Source: Apibacter raozihei
Lineage (GTDB): Bacteria; Bacteroidota; Bacteroidia; Flavobacteriales; Weeksellaceae
Reading direction: 5' to 3'
Length of the DNA stretch: 64,000 nt
NCBI RefSeq assembly: GCF_004014855.1
Contig: NZ_CP034930.1
Span: forward strand, 2,025,716-2,089,715
In this document: one piece after another, positions 50,051 to 61,200 of the stretch
How the letters are laid out: each line of letters begins with the position of its first letter
Numbering within the stretch: the stretch's first letter is position 1
Program-made: the position numbers and the translations under genes
Notes under the pieces: generated by a model
Seen by the model: only the letters and a program-made list of their open reading frames with translations
The model's database searches: none
Told to the model about the DNA's origin: nothing

Positions 50051-51053
50051 GTTTACAGGTATTATTGGACAATACTAACTGACATAATAATAAAGGAATA
50101 AATAGACGTATTTCCCATAATATACCCGCATATAAAATAATCAGTATATAAGGAGAAGAAAAAAGTATATATAAGAAAATATTGATTTTTTGAGATTTTT
50201 TATGACATAATGAAATAGATAAATAAGTGAATATAATATAAAATATAATGCCAAGAATGTTTTTAAATTCTGTAAAATTTAATTTTAAAAAGTTAGCCAT
50301 AATCACAGAATTAGAATAACCTTCATTGTCATATTTGATTCTAATAATTATATAAGGAATAAGAAAACACAATATAGGGAAAAATAATTGTTTTGATATC
50401 TTAATTAAATGATCAATTTTGTAGTTATGATTTAAAATAATTACTAAATAAAATGATAAGCTTAGTGCTGATGTTTCTCTATTCAATGTTGAAATGACAA
50501 TTATTATTAATAGTAAAATATATTTTAATAATGAATATTTATAATTTAAATCAATAATTAATAACATTGATAATGATAATAAAAATAAAGAGGATAAATC
50601 ATATGGAGTTACAACATATTGGGATAATCCAATAATGAAAACTGATATTATAAGTATTAAATTTTCTATTATTGAGTTGTGACTTTTAGATCTGTAGTTA
50701 AGTATAAAGAAAAATATTATACTTGTTAAAATGTAAAAAACAGTGTTATAAGCAAATATTAATAAATAAAATTCTGAGGCTCCTAATTTCACAAGAACTT
50801 TATTTATAAAAGAAGAGTCGTTTTTGATATAAAAAATGTATTTTTTAACATAATATTGTAGCCATATAATAATATCCCTTGATAAAAATCTATATTTATA
50901 AACATTTTCAAAGTAATTATCAGGCATTTTTTCAACATAATAATAATTATTATATCTAGAAAAGTAGCCAAAATAAGTAGCAAAAGAAATTATAGAAGGT
51001 AATAATATTGTATATAAAATAAAGTCAAATTTTTTTCTAATCGATAAATTCAT
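50037..51053 (-). CDS. Polytopic membrane protein, possible oligosaccharide-unit polymerase/ligase
   Basis: 338 aa and very hydrophobic, within the polysaccharide locus. Confidence 0.35.
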   Translation of the reverse strand: MNLSIRKKFDFILYTILLPSIISFATYFGYFSRYNNYYYVEKMPDNYFENVYKYRFLSRDIIIWLQYYVKKYIFYIKNDSSFINKVLVKLGASEFYLLIFAYNTVFYILTSIIFFFILNYRSKSHNSIIENLILIISVFIIGLSQYVVTPYDLSSLFLLSLSMLLIIDLNYKYSLLKYILLLIIIVISTLNRETSALSLSFYLVIILNHNYKIDHLIKISKQLFFPILCFLIPYIIIRIKYDNEGYSNSVIMANFLKLNFTEFKNILGIIFYIIFTYLSISLCHKKSQKINIFLYILFSSPYILIILYAGILWEIRLFIPLLLCQLVLSNNTCKRDEL

Positions 51054-52164
51054 TGGGTGTGTTATAAAATAAGTTGTAATTCGTGTTAAAAATGTTAGAG
51101 AAATTGTTAAATCCTAAAGCTTGAGCATTTCCCCAAAAGCGCCAGCTAATTAAAAAGATATATATGATTATATAACTATATAGTAATCGTCTATAGGTTA
51201 ATTTAGAATACTTTATTATCATAGGTATTAACAAAATTGCAAAGTCTCCATAAACACCCGGAAGTCTAACTGAAAAAATTGCATTACCTCTAAATGAATA
51301 AAAAATAAAATAATAAAATATAACTAAATTTCTTACTTTTAAATAATTAGTATCTTTCGTATTTTCTAAAATGTATTTATCGTTAAATAGTATAATTCCT
51401 ATAAAAATAATTTTTACTATATCATTGATGGACAAACCAAGTTCATCAAGGTTTTTATAAGAATTAAAAGCTCCTGAAACGGTATCTATTGTTAAGCTTT
51501 CGAACAAGTTTCCAAACCAGTTATATGGTTCTAAAGGCCATAAAATAAGAGATGAAATTAATATTAAATAACATTGTCTTGTAGATATATTTGCGTTAGC
51601 TATCCAATAAGCTGGAAGAAATACAACTGCAGTTTTGTGACTGTAATAACCTATTAAAATACAAAATAAAAATTTTAATAATTTTTTGTCTGCAATAAAT
51701 TTATATGAATATATGCAACAAGCGATAGCAGCCGATTGCCTAACGTGTCCACAGTCCTCAAAAAAATAAACTGGCATAAAATAAAAGGCTAAAGACAACA
51801 TAGGTAGCGGAGAATATTTGTAAAAAATATAACTTTTTAATGAAATAGAAAAAGTCGCAAATACGGTTAATAATGCAAAAAAAGGTAAATGAAGTTTACC
51901 TAAAATTTTTGATACAATTATATAACTAGGTTCAATATCAGCTTTAAAAACTTCATCCCATTTGATGTATTTGTTAGAACCCTTATATAATTCAAGATAA
52001 GGCCAATAATCAGCACCTTGAGCTACTCTTAAACCAGACATTAAAATTAATATAATTACAGAGAATATGTAAATACCCTTTAGATTACCTTTTTGATTAG
52101 ATTGTTCTATATAGGTTAAAAAAACAAAAACAAATAAGATTATATAATATATAGGGTGTAACAT
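51037..52164 (-). CDS. EpsG/Wzy-like membrane protein
   Basis: 375 aa polytopic protein within the polysaccharide locus. Confidence 0.4.
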   Translation of the reverse strand: MLHPIYYIILFVFVFLTYIEQSNQKGNLKGIYIFSVIILILMSGLRVAQGADYWPYLELYKGSNKYIKWDEVFKADIEPSYIIVSKILGKLHLPFFALLTVFATFSISLKSYIFYKYSPLPMLSLAFYFMPVYFFEDCGHVRQSAAIACCIYSYKFIADKKLLKFLFCILIGYYSHKTAVVFLPAYWIANANISTRQCYLILISSLILWPLEPYNWFGNLFESLTIDTVSGAFNSYKNLDELGLSINDIVKIIFIGIILFNDKYILENTKDTNYLKVRNLVIFYYFIFYSFRGNAIFSVRLPGVYGDFAILLIPMIIKYSKLTYRRLLYSYIIIYIFLISWRFWGNAQALGFNNFSNIFNTNYNLFYNTPNEFID

Positions 52165-52167
52165 AAG

Positions 52168-53133
52168 TTATAGTCTGATAATATTTAAAGTGTAAAAAAT
52201 GATTTTTAAGTAGCTTAATGAGAATAAATATAATTTATTATATCTTTTTAAATATAAAATTTCTGATTTACTTAAATTTTCTTCTTTTAATAAATTTTTA
52301 AGGTAACTAATCATAATTTTTTTTATCAAACGGTCTTTTATATAAGCATAATAAGCTAAAAAACTATAAAATCCCTGTAAAATTACAAATTTTTTCCAAT
52401 CTTCTGTGTTGTTTTTGTAAATACTGATTGAAAAATCTTCTTTCACAAGTCCTATAGCCTTAAACATGTCTAAACCTTTAGAAGTGTAATTTCTGGTTAT
52501 AGATCCCTTACGAACAAAATAATTATATAAATACTTATTACTTTTAGCAATAACCTTAGATTTCAAAAATAAACGAGGTATAGTGGCAATATCTTCAAAA
52601 TGTAAGCCAGATGGGAATTCGATATAATTAAACAGTTCACGTTTAAAAATTTTGTTACATGCAAAACAGGACATCTCACCAAATACAGTAAAATCTTCTT
52701 CTAAAATTATTTTTTCCGAAAGTTGTGGTAATTGAGGTAGCAATTTGAAAATTCCCCCCTTTTCATCAACATTTTGAAGATTACAAAAAACAATATCAGC
52801 ATTATGTTTTTTACCAAGAAAGTATAATTCTGACATCATTTCTTGTTCAACCCAATCGTCACTATCTACAAAAGCTATGTATTCACCAGTAGCTTTTTTT
52901 ATACCCAAATTTCTGGCTTCACTCAAACCTCCGTTAGTTTTACAAATGCTGACAATATTTGTGTTTTTTTGTGTGTAACTATCAATGATAATCTGGGAAC
53001 CGTCTGTAGAACCATCATTAATCAGGACAATTTCTATTTCCTGCAATGTTTGATTTATTAAAGAATCAATGCATTTAGAAAGATATTTTTCTACGTTATA
53101 TACGGGGACAATTATAGATACTTTATAAGCCAT
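52168..53133 (-). CDS. Glycosyltransferase family 2
   Basis: SIIVPVYNVEKYLSKCIDSLINQT..INDGSTDGS is the canonical GT2 N-terminus. Confidence 0.8.
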   Translation of the reverse strand: MAYKVSIIVPVYNVEKYLSKCIDSLINQTLQEIEIVLINDGSTDGSQIIIDSYTQKNTNIVSICKTNGGLSEARNLGIKKATGEYIAFVDSDDWVEQEMMSELYFLGKKHNADIVFCNLQNVDEKGGIFKLLPQLPQLSEKIILEEDFTVFGEMSCFACNKIFKRELFNYIEFPSGLHFEDIATIPRLFLKSKVIAKSNKYLYNYFVRKGSITRNYTSKGLDMFKAIGLVKEDFSISIYKNNTEDWKKFVILQGFYSFLAYYAYIKDRLIKKIMISYLKNLLKEENLSKSEILYLKRYNKLYLFSLSYLKIIFYTLNIIRL

Positions 53134-53385
53134 GTATTAAAAAAGTGTTGCAAAGTTACTTTTTTAACCCGAATTTTTAATTATTTAATTTAAAATAATT
53201 TAGGATTTACTTCATGTATATTTGTGTAATTTTTATTTAGGATATAAATTAAATAATTAAATATTAAAAACATATAGTAAAGATAATTTTGTAATTAATT
53301 ATATAATCATAGTAAATCAGTGTTAAAATATATAAAATATTTTAACAATCAGGATACAAAATCATACTTTACACGTAACCGAAAG

Positions 53386-54576
53386 TCATGTAATACCATA
53401 GCATTTCATATCATCCCAAAATTCAACATATGATTTTTCAACTACAGATGGGTTATCTATTGTTATAGGGAAAAGTAATTTTAAGGGAGTAAAACACATC
53501 GCCATGCGATGATCATTATAAGTTAATATTTTTTGTTTTTCGATAAATTGGTCGAATTTTTTTAATTCAAATGTAGAATCTGTAATTTCAACTTTGCCAC
53601 CACATTTTTCAATTTCTTTCTTTAGAGCAAATAAACGGTCAGTTTCCTTAATTTTTAATGTTTCCAAACCTGTTATTTTAATGGGTATTTTTAAACCAAA
53701 AGCTGTGACAGAAACAGTCTGGGCAATATCCGGACAATCATTCATATCAAGTTCAATAAATTCAGGATAGTCAAATTGCTCTATTTTTGATAAAGTAATT
53801 TCTCCAGCATTAAATTCAGTATGTACACCAAAAAAATCTTTATAAATTGAGACAATTCGTTTATCAGCTTGTAAAGAGTCCTCAAATAAATAAGAAAGAG
53901 TTATTTTTTTATTTTTTCCTAAAGCACATAATGAATAATGATAAGATGCTGATGACCAATCGCTTTCAATAATATAACTTTGTTTGTTAATATCTTTTTT
54001 AAAAGGAATATTAATAGTATTATTTGAAAATGAAGCATCAATACCTAAAGAATTTAAAATAGACAAGGTCATATTGATATAGGGTAATGAAGTAATTTTT
54101 CCTTTCAAACTTATTTTAAGCCCATTTTCAATCTGAGTACCTATAAGACAAAGTGCAGTAATATATTGGCTACTAATTCCTGCTGATAAATTCACTGAAT
54201 TAGTATTTATATTTTTACCGTTTATTTCAATAGGCGGATATCCGGTATTTTCAAGATAAGATATATCTGCTCCCAAATCTACTAAAGCATTTACTAATAT
54301 TTCAATTGGGCGCTCTTTCATACGTTGAGATCCTGTTAAAATAATTTTTTTATTCGGTTGTATAGAATAAAAAGCAGTTAAAAAACGCATGGCTGTACCT
54401 GCATGATGAATGTCTATTAATTCCTCTTTTGAAGAAAGAGCTTTTTGAAGTAAATCTGAATCTTGACTATGAGACAAATTTTTTAATGAAATGGAGCCAT
54501 TATATAATGCATTTAGAATTAAAAGACGATTCGTTATACTTTTGGAACCTGATAGTTTGATGGAAATATTAGTCAT
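53386..54576 (-). CDS. aroA: 3-phosphoshikimate 1-carboxyvinyltransferase (EPSP synthase)-family protein
   Basis: 396 aa. The N-terminal KLSGSKSITNRLLILNAL and HHAGTAMRFLTA segments match EPSP synthase signatures. Confidence 0.7.
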   Translation of the reverse strand: MTNISIKLSGSKSITNRLLILNALYNGSISLKNLSHSQDSDLLQKALSSKEELIDIHHAGTAMRFLTAFYSIQPNKKIILTGSQRMKERPIEILVNALVDLGADISYLENTGYPPIEINGKNINTNSVNLSAGISSQYITALCLIGTQIENGLKISLKGKITSLPYINMTLSILNSLGIDASFSNNTINIPFKKDINKQSYIIESDWSSASYHYSLCALGKNKKITLSYLFEDSLQADKRIVSIYKDFFGVHTEFNAGEITLSKIEQFDYPEFIELDMNDCPDIAQTVSVTAFGLKIPIKITGLETLKIKETDRLFALKKEIEKCGGKVEITDSTFELKKFDQFIEKQKILTYNDHRMAMCFTPLKLLFPITIDNPSVVEKSYVEFWDDMKCYGIT

Positions 54577-54899
54577 ACTAGTTTTTCATTATTTTTGTGT
54601 CTGTCTTTATCTCTTTTTGTTTTCTTATTCATTTGATTTTGAAAAGCTTCTTCAAGATTAATTCCGGTTTGATTTGCCAGGCAGGTAACTACAAAAATAA
54701 CATCAGCTAATTCTGCTCCTAAATCTTTATTTTTATCGGATTCTTTTTCGGATTGCTCACCATATCTTCTGCTAATAATTCGTGCAACCTCTCCAACCTC
54801 TTCTGTTAGCTGGGCCATGTTAGTGAGTTCATTAAAATATCTAACACCATAATCCTGTATCCATTGATCAACCTGTTCCTGAATCAGTTTTAAACTCAT
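54573..54899 (-). CDS. MazG-like nucleotide pyrophosphohydrolase
   Basis: 108 aa with EVGEVARI and AELADVIFVV motifs. It overlaps aroA by 4 bp. Confidence 0.7.
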   Translation of the reverse strand: MSLKLIQEQVDQWIQDYGVRYFNELTNMAQLTEEVGEVARIISRRYGEQSEKESDKNKDLGAELADVIFVVTCLANQTGINLEEAFQNQMNKKTKRDKDRHKNNEKLV

Positions 54900-54912
54900 A
54901 ATAAATAATCTG

Positions 54913-56175
54913 TTATATAGTTTCGAATTTTCTTATGGTAGTTTTTATTATTTCAAGACACTCCTGTAATTGATTTTCGTTAATAACTAGAGGAGGAGCA
55001 AAGCGTATTATATTAGTATGAGTAGGTTTGGCAAGTAATCCATTTTCTTTTAATTTAAGGCAAATTTCCCAAGCTAAATTTTTATAGGTAGAATTATTAA
55101 TTACTAATGCATTCAATAGCCCTTTGCCTCTTACAAATTCTGCAATTTTAGAATCTTTACAGAATTTTGTTAATTCATCTCTAAAAATCTTACCCAATTC
55201 GTATGCATTAGATGCCAGATTTTCTTCTTCAATAACTTTTAATGCAGCAATTGCTATAGCAGCAGCTAGTGGATTACCACCAAACGTAGAACCATGTTGT
55301 CCCGGTTTTATTACATCCATAATTTCAGAATTTGAAAGTACGGCAGAAACCGGATATGCACCTCCGGACAAAGCTTTACCTAAAATTAAAATATCTGGCT
55401 GAACTTCATCATAATTACAGGCTAGTAATTTTCCGGTTCTGGCAATGCCCGTTTGAACTTCATCCGCAATAAAGAGTACGTTTTTTTCTTTACATAAATC
55501 ATAACAGGCTTTTAAATATCCATCATCGGGAACATAAGCACCAGCTTCACCCTGTATGGGCTCAACTAAAAAGCCGGCAATATTAGAATTTTGTTCCAGT
55601 ACAGATTGTAATGCATGTACATCATTGTATGGAATTTTTATGAAGCCAGGAGTAAAGGGCCCGTAATGAGTATAAGCATCGGCATCAACAGAAAAGGATA
55701 CAATAGTAGTAGTTCTTCCATGAAAATTGTTTTTACATACAACAATATGAGCCAGATCTTCTTTAATACCTTTCTTTTCATATCCCCATTTTCTACACAG
55801 TTTGAGTGCTGTCTCTACCGCTTCTGCACCCGTGTTCATAGGAAGAACTTTTTCAAAGCCAAAATATTTTGTTATAAATTCTTCATATTTCCCCAATTCA
55901 CTGTTATAAAAAGCACGAGAAGTTAGCGTAAGTTTTTTAGCCTGCTCAATTAATGTATTGATAATTTTAGGATGACAATGACCTTGATTAACAGCGGAAT
56001 AAGCTGAAAGGAAATCGTAATATTTTTTCCCCTCCACATCCCATACATACACTCCTTCACCTTTCTCTAAAACGACAGGAAGAGGGTGGTAATTATGGGC
56101 ACCATACTGATTTTCTAACTCCATTAAATGTAGTGAGGATAATTTTGATTCCATATATTTTTTATTTTTTTGCAA
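54913..56175 (-). CDS. rocD: Ornithine aminotransferase (class III PLP aminotransferase)
   Basis: 420 aa. [45 protein letters not shown] is the typical OAT N-terminus. The true start may be the second Met at 56154. Confidence 0.8.
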   Translation of the reverse strand: MQKNKKYMESKLSSLHLMELENQYGAHNYHPLPVVLEKGEGVYVWDVEGKKYYDFLSAYSAVNQGHCHPKIINTLIEQAKKLTLTSRAFYNSELGKYEEFITKYFGFEKVLPMNTGAEAVETALKLCRKWGYEKKGIKEDLAHIVVCKNNFHGRTTTIVSFSVDADAYTHYGPFTPGFIKIPYNDVHALQSVLEQNSNIAGFLVEPIQGEAGAYVPDDGYLKACYDLCKEKNVLFIADEVQTGIARTGKLLACNYDEVQPDILILGKALSGGAYPVSAVLSNSEIMDVIKPGQHGSTFGGNPLAAAIAIAALKVIEEENLASNAYELGKIFRDELTKFCKDSKIAEFVRGKGLLNALVINNSTYKNLAWEICLKLKENGLLAKPTHTNIIRFAPPLVINENQLQECLEIIKTTIRKFETI

Positions 56176-56266
56176 TTTAGGTAATTTAGTTCTTTTTGTA
56201 AATTATTAAAACAAATTTAATAATATTTACTAGGAGTTTGTTTTTTCAAAAGACTAATTTTGCATT

Positions 56267-57175
56267 ATGGAATGGATTTCTGCAATAGAAAATTTTCAGG
56301 AATATTTATGGTTAGAGAAAGGATTGTCTGAAAATACACGAAAAGCGTATGTTAGGGACTTAGCTAAATTAAAATTATTTGCGGCTGAAAATCATGCGTT
56401 AGATCCATCAATAATTACCAAAGAAGCTATTCAGGATTTTGTTTATGATTTTTCTAAAAAAACAAAAGCAGCAAAATCTCAGGCACGATTAATTTCATCA
56501 TTAAAATCTTTTTTTAATTTTTTGCAGGAAGATGAAATCAGAAAAGACAATCCGGCAGAATTACTCGAAAGTCCTAAAATCGGATTTAGATTACCTGATA
56601 CGCTTAATCATCAGGAAGTTCAGAAAATAATTGAGTCTGTTGATTTATCAAATTCTGAAGGAGAAAGAAATAGAACAATTCTAGAAACACTTTACGGATG
56701 TGGACTTAGAGTATCAGAATTAACAAACTTAAGGCTCTCTGATTTATTTTTCGAAGAGAATTTTATAAGAGTTATAGGTAAGGGAGAGAAGCAAAGACTA
56801 GTTCCTGTTTCAGACTGGACAATAAAATATATTTCCATATATATTCAATCTATCAGGAATTATCAGGTAATAAAGCCTCAATATAAAGATTTTTTGTTTT
56901 TAAATAGAAGAGGAGCAAAATTGACAAGAGAAATGATTTTTATAATTGTCAAGAATGCAGTGGCAAATTCTGGAATAAAAAAAAATGTATCTCCGCATAC
57001 ATTTAGACATTCATATGCAACAGTACTTTTAAAAAATGGTGCTGATTTGCGTTCAATTCAGCAGATGCTGGGACACGAAAGTATCACAACAACTGAAATA
57101 TATACTCATTTGGATAAACAACAATTACGGGATGCTATTGAAAAGTTTCACCCGTTCTATAAATCGGATCAATAA
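56267..57175 (+). CDS. xerD: Site-specific tyrosine recombinase XerD
   Basis: 302 aa with the R..HxxR..Y catalytic pattern (HTFRHSYAT..IYTHL), the chromosomal XerD length and architecture. Confidence 0.8.
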   Translation: MEWISAIENFQEYLWLEKGLSENTRKAYVRDLAKLKLFAAENHALDPSIITKEAIQDFVYDFSKKTKAAKSQARLISSLKSFFNFLQEDEIRKDNPAELLESPKIGFRLPDTLNHQEVQKIIESVDLSNSEGERNRTILETLYGCGLRVSELTNLRLSDLFFEENFIRVIGKGEKQRLVPVSDWTIKYISIYIQSIRNYQVIKPQYKDFLFLNRRGAKLTREMIFIIVKNAVANSGIKKNVSPHTFRHSYATVLLKNGADLRSIQQMLGHESITTTEIYTHLDKQQLRDAIEKFHPFYKSDQ

Positions 57176-57199
57176 TTTACAAAAAGACCGATAAAGAAT

Positions 57200-57688
57200 A
57201 TGGATATAGAAAAAAATAAAGAAGAAGCTATTAAACGGCAGGATATTCATTCTAAATATTTATCAAAATTAAAAAACAAAAAAGTAAAAAATCTGGATCA
57301 AAAAGTTTTAGAAATACACCATTCTGTATTTAATAAAATTGATTGTCTCGAATGTGCTAACTGTTGCAAAACAACGGGTCCTTTATTTACAGAAAAAGAT
57401 ATAGAAAGAATTTCCAAACATTTAAAAATGAAAGTTTCTGCTTTTATAGATAAATATTTGCATAAAGACGAAGATAATGACTGGGTTTTTAATGGTTTAC
57501 CTTGTCCTTTTCTGGATTCTGAAAATTATTGTCTTATCTACGACGTTCGTCCCAAAGCTTGCAGGGAATATCCGCATACCGATCGGAAAAAGATATATCA
57601 GATCAATAAAATTACATTGAAAAATACTTTGATTTGTCCAGCAGCTTTCAAAGTAGTCGAAGAGATGATAAAAAAAATTCCAATGTAG
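57200..57688 (+). CDS. YkgJ-family cysteine-cluster protein (UPF0153)
   Basis: CLECANCCKT and CPFLD..CLIY..RPKACREYP motifs. Confidence 0.7.
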   Translation: MDIEKNKEEAIKRQDIHSKYLSKLKNKKVKNLDQKVLEIHHSVFNKIDCLECANCCKTTGPLFTEKDIERISKHLKMKVSAFIDKYLHKDEDNDWVFNGLPCPFLDSENYCLIYDVRPKACREYPHTDRKKIYQINKITLKNTLICPAAFKVVEEMIKKIPM

Positions 57689-57692
57689 AATT

Positions 57693-58127
57693 TTATACTG
57701 AATCCTTTTTTGATTTGGCTTCTTTTTTATTTTGTAACCATTCCACAAGTTGTGCACCTAACCACGAAAACGGAAAAAAAATAAAAAACATGCTTACGAT
57801 GTACCAGGTAGGATGGCCAGGGAAAATAAATACAGTAGCAATAGCTGTTAATAACAAAATAAAACCAATCAACATAGCATAAGCCTTTTTAGCAGTTTTG
57901 ACAATCAAGGCACAAACGATACCTCCAAGTAAAGAGCCAATACCAGATGAAATGAGCAAAGCTATGAAAAACTCACCCTTAGCCGTTTTTATGATAGGAG
58001 TCCAGTACTCTATTGCAAGACCTTTATACTCATAAGGTATCCAATAAGGATTAATCATAACCGACGAAGTAATTATTGCTACGGCTACAAACAGTCCCGA
58101 TAAAACTGCAATTGTATTTCTAATCAT
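57693..58127 (-). CDS. Small hypothetical membrane protein
   Basis: 144 aa with 4 TM helices. Confidence 0.35.
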   Translation of the reverse strand: MIRNTIAVLSGLFVAVAIITSSVMINPYWIPYEYKGLAIEYWTPIIKTAKGEFFIALLISSGIGSLLGGIVCALIVKTAKKAYAMLIGFILLLTAIATVFIFPGHPTWYIVSMFFIFFPFSWLGAQLVEWLQNKKEAKSKKDSV

Positions 58128-58142
58128 TTTATAGTAAACTAT

Positions 58143-58520
58143 TTATTCTGCAGCAATTACTGATATTTCTATGGATACGTTTTTAGGCAAAGCAGATACC
58201 TGTACACATTCTCTTGCAGGATAAGAATCTGCAAAATAGGATGCATAAATATCATTAACTATAGCAAAATTGTTTAAATCAGTTAAAAAAATAGAAGATT
58301 TAACAATATGATTAAAAGACAACCCTGCCTCTGTAAGAATAGCCTGAATATTTTTCATCACTTGATGAGTCTGCTCTGTTATTTCGTCTGAAAATTCATT
58401 CGTTGCCGGATTAACCGGGATTTGACCTGAAATAAATAATAAATTATTTACTTTAACAGCCTGTGAGTAAGGACCAATAGCTGCAGGAGCTTGAGAAGTA
58501 GATATAATTTCTTTTTTCAT
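58143..58520 (-). CDS. ridA: RidA-family reactive-intermediate deaminase (YjgF/TdcF)
   Basis: 125 aa; APAAIGPYSQAVKVNNLLFISGQIP is the classic RidA N-terminus. Confidence 0.85.
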   Translation of the reverse strand: MKKEIISTSQAPAAIGPYSQAVKVNNLLFISGQIPVNPATNEFSDEITEQTHQVMKNIQAILTEAGLSFNHIVKSSIFLTDLNNFAIVNDIYASYFADSYPARECVQVSALPKNVSIEISVIAAE

Positions 58521-58568
58521 TTTCTTGTAATTGTACGATTAAATTTAATTCATAAAGGTATTAATTTT

Positions 58569-61178
58569 TTAAAGATCAGTGCTTGTATCATTGAAATTTC
58601 TTGCTTCATATTTCACAGCATCTTTAAGAATTGCAGCCTTTATTCCTATGTAGAAATTCCATGTTTTATTATAACCGGAAGAAATAGGAACCCAGTTAAA
58701 ATTGATATTAAAGCTTCGTAAATCCCTCATAAATCCTAGTCGGGTATAACCAAACTCTTTACTTTCAAGGTCATAATTGGTAGAAGCTGTAATTTTCCAA
58801 TACGGAGAAGGCGATATTTCTCCTGTTAAATTTACAGTAGCTGATGTATTTGCCGTACGGTTATATTCTTTGGTTCTGGCATAATTAAGTCCCACATCCA
58901 ATTTCCATGGAATTTCAAAATGAGCATAATTTTCTTCATCAAAATTATATTTTTCATATCGTATTGAGCCTTGTTTTGAATATTTTTTTTCTTTTTTACC
59001 ACCAAACATAGAAGGTTCCAGAGAAAAGTTCAATCCCATTGTATAACTGGCTATAGAGAAATATCCTAATTTATCAACATTATATCCCACAGTAGAAGTT
59101 GGAGAATCAAATACAATTTTATAAGGATTAATCCTCAAAGCATAGTTAACTCTCAGTTTAGAATTGAATAGAGAGCTGGAACCAGTAGCCGTTATAGGAC
59201 TTAATCGTAAAGAGTCAGCAGCAAAATTATAAGAGGTGGAAATATTTAGACTCTCAAAGATTTTTATCTTTTTTATACCGGTTTTTTCTTTTTTATTCCG
59301 CACTTTCATTTCCAGATTATTAGCCAGGGAAATATTTACAGAACTATTCTCTGTATTTGAAGGATCACCTAAAACGCCGCCGTTAAAATAGGAATATTTA
59401 ACCTTTTTACCATTTTCATCTATATAAGTACCATAGTACCCCCATGAATCAGAAGAAAAATTAGGAGAATAACTATAACTTAGAGTAGGGGATATCATAT
59501 GTCGGATAGCTTTTATCATTTTATCCTGCCCCTCTTTTTCAAAGTTAGCCATTCCATAAAGTGTTGTAGTTAAATTTAAAGCAGTTCCAAAAGTTCTGTA
59601 AGACCTGAATCCGTCTTTATTTAGAGTTACAACTTCATTTGTAACAGAATTATAGTCTCTGCGTATTGTTTTGGTTGTCCATGCTTCCTTGTAATTTCCG
59701 GTTAATCCTAATTGGAAGTAGTTAAATATAGTAGTAGTAGTTCCCAGATTTGTCTCGTTTTTTATTCCGTTTTTGGAATTATCAAACATTTTGAATGAAA
59801 ACATATCCTCAGTGGTCGTAGTAACGGAGTTTTGAAGATTCATTTTATAATCCATGTAAATATTTTGAAACAAACCTTTTTTTGAGCCGCTTTTAGGAGC
59901 AAAAGGATAAATTTGAGGCATTGTAACGGATAAGCTGGGAAGCACAAGCGCAACTGTTCCATCAGAAATATTTTGGGAAGCCGAAGTATTTAATGAAACT
60001 GTTAACGGATTATTGTTAAATCGCTTAACCAGTGAAATGGATGATGAGGTTTGATTATTATTTACATTACCAGATAATGCGTTTTGATTATATATACTAT
60101 TATTATAATAATTTTGACTAACAAAATTAACAGAAGAATTAAACGATAAATTTGGATTAGCTTTAGCATCCTGAGAATGAGTCCATACGACACGATAATT
60201 TTCTGTTTCCGAGTAATCACTCAGACCTTTAGTACTATTTATATTCTTTTCATATACCAGGTTGAAATTACCTGAATATCTATATCTTTTAGTATATCTG
60301 AAACGATTATCAATAGTCCAGCTCCCTTTAGTGTAAATACCAAACCGGGTTTCTAAATCAAGATATTCCCCTATAGGAACATACACTCCCCATCTTTCCA
60401 GATAAAAACCTTTAGATTGTCTTTCACCGAAAGTACCTATAAGAAGTCCGGCTTCTCTTTTACGACCTGATGATGGAAGATATAAAAAAGGGAGTATAAA
60501 TGGAGTAGGAACCTGTTCAATATACATGGTTGTAGGTCCCGCAATTAAAGTCTTTTGGTTTTTTCCCGTAATCATTTTCATACGGGTGGTTGATAAATGA
60601 TAATCGGGCACAGAATCTTTTTTTGATTTAAAGTATTCATCCGTTGTAATCATCCCGTTTCTCATGTAATACTCCTCTTCATTCATCCTTTTTGCTTTTT
60701 GAGCAATTATCACCATTTCATCCTCTTCAGTACGTACATTAAAAGCTGTACCCTGTTTTGTATTCATGTTGAACTTGGCTTCAGTATATTCGAATTCTCT
60801 GTTTCCTTGTTTAAAAGTAATATTTTCAATAATTCTTCCTAAACTGTCAACTTTGCCCCGAGCAAAAATATCCCCTGTATTCCAGTCCATAACAATATAA
60901 TCCGCCTTTATCGTCATGTCCTGATAGGAAACGGAAGCATTATGTATCAGATAGGTCATTTTTTTAGAAAATATATTGCGGATTTCATCCCCTCTGGAAT
61001 CTACCACATCTTCTAATTTTTCTTTTTTTGAAGGTATTATTTTTGTCGAATCAGAAGGCGTTTCAGTCTTTTTAACTTGTGCTAACAGAATGTTAAAAAT
61101 TAGAAAAAACAAACAAAGTACACTATATTTGAAGCTTGAATTAATCAAAGTATATAAATTCAAAAAATTTGTGTCCAA
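58569..61178 (-). CDS. Large outer-membrane beta-barrel protein, putative LPS-assembly protein LptD (OstA-like)
   Basis: 869 aa with a signal peptide and an Asn/Ser/Thr/Tyr-rich beta-rich composition. The size and neighbourhood fit Bacteroidota LptD. Tentative call. Confidence 0.45.
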   Translation of the reverse strand: MDTNFLNLYTLINSSFKYSVLCLFFLIFNILLAQVKKTETPSDSTKIIPSKKEKLEDVVDSRGDEIRNIFSKKMTYLIHNASVSYQDMTIKADYIVMDWNTGDIFARGKVDSLGRIIENITFKQGNREFEYTEAKFNMNTKQGTAFNVRTEEDEMVIIAQKAKRMNEEEYYMRNGMITTDEYFKSKKDSVPDYHLSTTRMKMITGKNQKTLIAGPTTMYIEQVPTPFILPFLYLPSSGRKREAGLLIGTFGERQSKGFYLERWGVYVPIGEYLDLETRFGIYTKGSWTIDNRFRYTKRYRYSGNFNLVYEKNINSTKGLSDYSETENYRVVWTHSQDAKANPNLSFNSSVNFVSQNYYNNSIYNQNALSGNVNNNQTSSSISLVKRFNNNPLTVSLNTSASQNISDGTVALVLPSLSVTMPQIYPFAPKSGSKKGLFQNIYMDYKMNLQNSVTTTTEDMFSFKMFDNSKNGIKNETNLGTTTTIFNYFQLGLTGNYKEAWTTKTIRRDYNSVTNEVVTLNKDGFRSYRTFGTALNLTTTLYGMANFEKEGQDKMIKAIRHMISPTLSYSYSPNFSSDSWGYYGTYIDENGKKVKYSYFNGGVLGDPSNTENSSVNISLANNLEMKVRNKKEKTGIKKIKIFESLNISTSYNFAADSLRLSPITATGSSSLFNSKLRVNYALRINPYKIVFDSPTSTVGYNVDKLGYFSIASYTMGLNFSLEPSMFGGKKEKKYSKQGSIRYEKYNFDEENYAHFEIPWKLDVGLNYARTKEYNRTANTSATVNLTGEISPSPYWKITASTNYDLESKEFGYTRLGFMRDLRSFNINFNWVPISSGYNKTWNFYIGIKAAILKDAVKYEARNFNDTSTDL

Positions 61179-61200
61179 AATTAATCAAAAAAAAGAATTA

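Noticed and set aside
56267-57175. xerD as the integrase of a mobile element
   Set aside because: It has the length and motifs of chromosomal XerD and is flanked by housekeeping genes (rocD, ykgJ, ridA). No att repeats or cargo genes were seen.
60976-61200. Upstream start of the amidase ORF, overlapping the LptD-like gene
   Set aside because: The overlapping part is antisense to a strong ORF. The signal-peptide-like MRVLTIFNLKNILFAF at 61201 is the plausible start.
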